Virus record (IMG/VR): IMGVR_UViG_3300017903_003401
Location: 1-62,428 of that record
Direction: 5' to 3' (one strand)
Length of the DNA stretch: 62,428 nt
DNA from: a virus
Taxonomy: Duplodnaviria; Caudoviricetes
The position numbers were made by a program, and so were the translations under genes. Below the pieces are notes generated by a model, which made no database searches, was not told the DNA's origin, and worked only from the letters and a program-made list of their open reading frames with translations. Positions 57,702 through 62,428 of the stretch are shown here, one piece after another; position 1 is the stretch's first letter; each line of letters begins with the position of its first letter.

Positions 57702-58130
57702 ATGGACAAGTATGAAAAACTCAATGAGACCTTTGATGTAGAACCTATTCAATCAAAAAGTGAATTAAAAGAAAACTTTGAAACCGAGATTACAAAATAC
57801 GAAAGTTCAACAGAAGATATAAAGAAAGACTACGAGTATACTAGAGGTAATCTATATTCAATCATTGAGAAGGGCCAAGAAGCAATAAATGGTATTCTTG
57901 AACTTGCACAAGAAAGTGAAATGCCAAGAGCGTATGAAGTCGCAGGACAATTAATAAAGAGTGTTTCTGACGCGACAGATAAGTTAATGGATCTTCAGAA
58001 GAAACTGAAGGATGTGAATGAAGATAAAGAAACTAAAGGACCAACTACTGTCAATAATGCTCTATTTGTAGGATCAACGGCAGACCTCCAAAAGATGCTA
58101 AAGAGTGTTAGTAAGGATATAAATAGTTAA
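57702..58130 (+). CDS. g16: Terminase small subunit gp16
   Basis: DYEYTRGNLY, PRAYEVAGQLIK, NNALFVGSTADLQK. Confidence 0.92.
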   Translation: MDKYEKLNETFDVEPIQSKSELKENFETEITKYESSTEDIKKDYEYTRGNLYSIIEKGQEAINGILELAQESEMPRAYEVAGQLIKSVSDATDKLMDLQKKLKDVNEDKETKGPTTVNNALFVGSTADLQKMLKSVSKDINS

Positions 58131-58142
58131 AAATGATAGAAG

Positions 58143-58475
58143 ATGGCAGCGGAATCAGTAAATATACAGATCGATAAAGGAACTGATTTTTCACAAAAAT
58201 TTGTGATGAAGAATCCTGATCAGACCATCATTGATTTGACAGGTTATACTGCTGTTTCTAAAATTAGAAAATATCCTGAGGATACTAAATTCCAACCATT
58301 TGCAGTTGGTATTGCTTCCACAACTGGAACCATTACATTGTCAATGGGAACAACTGTTACGAGTCAATTGAATGTTGGTAGAAACTATTATGATATATTA
58401 GTTACTACGGCATCATCATCAGTATCAAAGGCGTTTGAAGGGTCCGTAATTGTTAATGCTTCTATATCTGTATAA
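58143..58475 (+). CDS. Putative structural protein
   Basis: IDKGTDF...DLTGYT..SKIRK...GRNYYDI pattern; perfect late promoter at 58118. Confidence 0.7.
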   Translation: MAAESVNIQIDKGTDFSQKFVMKNPDQTIIDLTGYTAVSKIRKYPEDTKFQPFAVGIASTTGTITLSMGTTVTSQLNVGRNYYDILVTTASSSVSKAFEGSVIVNASISV

Positions 58476-58477
58476 AA

Positions 58478-59698
58478 ATGGAGAATCTTGATGATTTTTT
58501 CTCTCTAATTGGGGAGGGGAAAAAGAAAAAAGAGGAAGAAAAAAAAGACCTTATAGGTGAGGTAACTCTTGGTGATCTTTTTTCTTCACTCAGTGAAGAA
58601 AAAAAGAAATTAAAAATAGAAGAAGAGAAAAGAAAAAAAGAAAAAGAAGAATTAATTCATAAAGCAAAAATATTTGAAAAGTTTTTATATTCAGAAAACT
58701 CGAAAGAAAATAATAATATTTCAGAGGTTATAAAAGTTCTCGAAAAAGAACTTTTAAATTTAAAAAATACTTCATATAAGTCTATTGATAGACTAATGAA
58801 GGGTATTTGTTCTGATTATGATATAACACCCAGACTACTTCACGATAAATTTAAAGAAAAACATAATCTCATACCTGATGAATGGGTAAAACAACAAAAT
58901 GAGGTATTTGAAGATTCTAATGATATTTCCGATTCTGTTTCAGAAGAAATAAAAAATACAAATATTATTGAATCTGAGTCACCTGATAAAGAAGAACTTT
59001 CTGATAATATCAAAAAGTCAATGGAAATTCTGGAGCAACTTAATCCAGAAGAAGAATATGAAAGTGATTCTGAAAATGAAATTATAAAATTGAAAAAGGA
59101 GATGGAACAACTTCGTAAGATGGTTTACGAAAGTGTTCGAACTGCAACATCTCAGGGTGGTGGTGGAGAAGTTCGTTTAGAATTTTTAGATGATGTTGAT
59201 AGAGAATCGGCAAAATCAAATGGAAAGTTATTGTCATATAACTCATCCACTGGAAAATTTATTGGAACATCCCTATCAGCTGTAAGTGGTGTAAACTCAT
59301 TAATTGCCGGTGATAACATCACCATTAGTGGTTCTACTGGTGATGTCACTATCAATGCAACTTCTTCAGTAGGTTCGGGAGATACTGCACACATCAATGC
59401 AGAATCTTTGGTTGTTTCGGGAATATCAACACTTGGAGAAGTAAATATATCAGATCTATCTGTAAGTGGTGACGCAACAATAGTCGGTGTTCTTACTGTT
59501 GGAAGTTCTTCTTTAACTCTTGATGGTGATAGTAATGAAATTCAAGTTGGTGCTGCATTAACATTGGGTCACGATATAGGACTTCAGTATCATGAACAGT
59601 TTTTACATGTCGCTGGATTTGATGTCAACAATATTAATGCATCAGGTATTATCACTGCATCATCATTAAGTGGTGATATGGATTTTGGTAATTTCTAA
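58478..59698 (+). CDS. Hypothetical protein: charged N-terminal half, GGGGEVRLEFLDDVD motif, fibre-like C-terminus
   Basis: Sharp compositional switch near 59150. Confidence 0.7.
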   Translation: MENLDDFFSLIGEGKKKKEEEKKDLIGEVTLGDLFSSLSEEKKKLKIEEEKRKKEKEELIHKAKIFEKFLYSENSKENNNISEVIKVLEKELLNLKNTSYKSIDRLMKGICSDYDITPRLLHDKFKEKHNLIPDEWVKQQNEVFEDSNDISDSVSEEIKNTNIIESESPDKEELSDNIKKSMEILEQLNPEEEYESDSENEIIKLKKEMEQLRKMVYESVRTATSQGGGGEVRLEFLDDVDRESAKSNGKLLSYNSSTGKFIGTSLSAVSGVNSLIAGDNITISGSTGDVTINATSSVGSGDTAHINAESLVVSGISTLGEVNISDLSVSGDATIVGVLTVGSSSLTLDGDSNEIQVGAALTLGHDIGLQYHEQFLHVAGFDVNNINASGIITASSLSGDMDFGNF

Positions 59699-59729
59699 TA
59701 AATAGATAAATGATAAGATAGTTAATAAT

Positions 59730-62428
59730 ATGGTGTCTCCTGTTTTAAAATTTAAGAGAGGTTTATTATCAGACCTTCCTTTGTTAAATGAAGGAGAACC
59801 AGGATTTACCACTGATTATTATGAACTATACATTGGTAGTGCAGACGGAAATAAACTCATAGGAAGTGGGAGATATTGGAATAAAGAAACTTCATCTTCT
59901 GGTGGTTCAGTAAAAGTTTTTGAAGCAACATCAAATGGAACAAATTTTGTTGGTCTTGCAGCGTCAACAAATGTTCCATCCTCTATAACATTTACATTAC
60001 CCAATACTGATGGTTCAAGTGGTGATGTTTTAGTAACTGACGGATCAGGAAACTTATCATTTTCACCTTCTTCATCCTCATCATTCACTATTTCTGGAGA
60101 TAGTGGATCAAATGATACATTTAATACTGGAGAAACATTAACATTCTCAGGTTCTTCCAATGAGATAATCACAACAATCACGAATAATCAGGTTGAAATA
60201 GGTCTGAGAGATACTGTAAATATTACCACCGAACTTGATGTTCCAACAATTGAAGTTAGTAATATAGAGGCAAAAGATGGATCATCATCCATCACAATCG
60301 CTAATTCGACTGGTTCAGTCTCGATAGCAGATTCACTATCAGTCTCAGGAAATACAATATTAGATAGTGTAACTGCAACGAGTTATTCTGGTGATGGTGC
60401 TGGAATTACAAGTGTTGATGCAGATCAACTTGATGGTCAAGAGGGGACATATTATCTCGATTATAATAACTTTACAAATACTCCAACAATCCCTACAAAT
60501 AATAATCAATTAATCAACGGTTCTGGTTATATTACCACATCATTCACTAACACAAATCAACTCACAAATGGTGCAGGTTTTATTACTGCAAGTGATGATA
60601 TTACAGGAACAGCAGCTGGACTCAGTGGAAATCCGAGCATTTCTGTGAATGTGATTACGGCGTCTTCCGCAGAGTTTTCTAATAATGTCAGTATAGGAGG
60701 AACTCTTACATATGAAGATGTATCCAATGTTGATTCTGTTGGTCTCATTACTGCAAGAACTGGTATTGATGTATTAGCAGGTGGTATTAATGCTGTTGGA
60801 GTGGTGACAGCAACATCATTTGACGGTAGTTTAGCAACAACTGATCTTACAGGAACCATTACTAATGCTCAGTTAGCAGGTTCTATTGAAAACAGTAAGT
60901 TATCTAACTCAACCGTATCCTATGGCGGAGTTCAATTAAGTCTTGGTGGTTCTGATGCAACTCCAGCATTTGATTTGAGTGATGCAACTAATTATCCTTA
61001 TAGTTCCCTTACAGGAATTACAACAAATATTATAGGAGACACGACACCACAATTGGGTGGTAATTTAGATGTTAATAATAATGATATTACTGGAACAGGT
61101 AACGTTAATCTTACTGGTGTTGTTACTGCAACCACATTTTCTGGTTCTGGTGCATCTTTAACAAATATTCCAAACAGTTCTTTAGATAACTCATCAATAT
61201 CTTATGGTGGCGTATCATTAAGTCTTGGTGGTTCTGATGCAACTCCTGCATTTGATCTTTCTGATGCCACAAATTATCCAACATCATCTTTGAGTGGAAC
61301 AATTACCAACGCACAGTTAGCAGGTTCCATTGAAAACTCTAAACTATCCAACTCATCAGTATCTTACGGTGGAGTCCAACTGAGTCTTGGTGGTTCTGAT
61401 GCAACTCCAGCATTTGATTTAAGTGATGCAACTAATTATCCATATAGTTCTCTTACTGGAATCACTACTAATATTGTGGGTGATACTACTCCACAACTTG
61501 GTGGAAATTTGGATGTCAATGGTAATGATATTACTGGAACTGGTAACATTAACCTAACTGGAGTTTCTACCTTATCAAAACTTCATGTTGATCCTGTAGG
61601 TTCTGGTATTACATATAATGAAGATTTGGTTGTTCTGGGAAATGCAAGAGTAACTGGTATTTTAAGTATTGGAACAAGTTCTATTGTTCTTGACGCTAAT
61701 GCAAAAACAATTCGGGGTCTTAATGAGATTCGTCTTGATTCTACTGAAACCGATGAACAACCAGTTATTATTAAACAAACAGACGGGAAAATCAGTTTCC
61801 GAAAAACAAGTAGAAATGAAAATAATCAAATTGTAGAGGTTGAACAAGAAGCATCAGTTGGTATTGGAACAACAGTTTCAGTAAACACTAGTGGTATAAT
61901 TACTGCAACATCATTCTATGGTGATGGGTCCAACTTAACTGGATTAACTAATTCCCAAGTGGGTGCTATGGGTGACCTAGTTGATGACACTACTCCCCAA
62001 CTAGGTGGTAATTTAGATCTCAATAGTAATAATATTACTGGAACTGGAAATGTAAATCTTAGTGGTATTGTTACTGCTACGACTTTTAGTGGTAATCTTC
62101 CAACAACTGATCTTACAGGAACCATTACTAATGCTCAGTTAGCAGGTTCTATTGAAAATAGTAAGTTAGCAAACTCTACAGTATCTTATGGTGGTATCCA
62201 ACTGTCTTTAGGTGGTTCTGATGCAACTCCAGCATTTGATCTTTCGGATGCTACCAATTACCCAACATCATCTTTGAGTGGAACCATTACTAATGCTCAG
62301 TTAGCAGGTTCTATTGAAAACTCTAAACTATCCAACTCAACAGTTTCTTATGGTGGTATACAACTAAGTCTTGGTGGTTCAGATGCAACTCCAGCATTTG
62401 ATTTAAGTGATGCTACCAATTACCCAAC
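59730..62428 (+). CDS. Tail-fibre-like protein, 3'-truncated by the window edge (absent from the ORF track)
   Basis: MVSPVLKFKRG...GEPGFTTD...LYIG (Mtd N-terminal-like). The same frame reads SYGG.LSLGGSDATPAFDLSDATNYP repeats (five copies) up to the window end. Confidence 0.8.
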   Translation, partial: MVSPVLKFKRGLLSDLPLLNEGEPGFTTDYYELYIGSADGNKLIGSGRYWNKETSSSGGSVKVFEATSNGTNFVGLAASTNVPSSITFTLPNTDGSSGDVLVTDGSGNLSFSPSSSSSFTISGDSGSNDTFNTGETLTFSGSSNEIITTITNNQVEIGLRDTVNITTELDVPTIEVSNIEAKDGSSSITIANSTGSVSIADSLSVSGNTILDSVTATSYSGDGAGITSVDADQLDGQEGTYYLDYNNFTNTPTIPTNNNQLINGSGYITTSFTNTNQLTNGAGFITASDDITGTAAGLSGNPSISVNVITASSAEFSNNVSIGGTLTYEDVSNVDSVGLITARTGIDVLAGGINAVGVVTATSFDGSLATTDLTGTITNAQLAGSIENSKLSNSTVSYGGVQLSLGGSDATPAFDLSDATNYPYSSLTGITTNIIGDTTPQLGGNLDVNNNDITGTGNVNLTGVVTATTFSGSGASLTNIPNSSLDNSSISYGGVSLSLGGSDATPAFDLSDATNYPTSSLSGTITNAQLAGSIENSKLSNSSVSYGGVQLSLGGSDATPAFDLSDATNYPYSSLTGITTNIVGDTTPQLGGNLDVNGNDITGTGNINLTGVSTLSKLHVDPVGSGITYNEDLVVLGNARVTGILSIGTSSIVLDANAKTIRGLNEIRLDSTETDEQPVIIKQTDGKISFRKTSRNENNQIVEVEQEASVGIGTTVSVNTSGIITATSFYGDGSNLTGLTNSQVGAMGDLVDDTTPQLGGNLDLNSNNITGTGNVNLSGIVTATTFSGNLPTTDLTGTITNAQLAGSIENSKLANSTVSYGGIQLSLGGSDATPAFDLSDATNYPTSSLSGTITNAQLAGSIENSKLSNSTVSYGGIQLSLGGSDATPAFDLSDATNYP

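Noticed and set aside
59730-62428. Diversity-generating retroelement suggested by the Mtd-like N-terminus and repeats
   Set aside because: No reverse transcriptase is visible, and the repeat differences appear to be mostly synonymous rather than adenine-specific.

Overview
Fragment of a T4-like marine cyanomyovirus genome (AT-rich, almost entirely + strand). From left to right: (1) 1-7781, two tail-fibre genes with a small minus-strand gene between them, driven by back-to-back T4 late promoters; (2) about 7800-12440, small early genes with sigma70-like promoters, including a CP12-domain protein, two HExxH proteins and a late-expressed, capsid-targeting-like basic protein; (3) 12452-23794, an array of small genes punctuated by 14 full copies (plus one half copy) of a same-orientation 35-bp element with an invariant core CTCACCT-YN-AAATGTCC. 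Twelve of the 14 copies lie 13-20 nt before an ATG. The array is headed by a ligase-like (KxDG) protein, a ParB-like protein and an SF2 helicase; (4) about 23165-24750, a largely non-coding region with cyanobacterial-type DnaA boxes, an AT-rich tract, direct and inverted repeats and a strong promoter (candidate origin); (5) 27020-62428, the structural module gp25, gp6, gp7, a gp9/10-like fibre, gp8, a VrlC-like giant protein with a polyproline insert, gp13-gp16, then fibre-like genes, the last truncated by the window edge. The repeat-delimited cassette array is the strongest candidate for an undescribed system. All family assignments come from motif recognition by eye; no searches were run.
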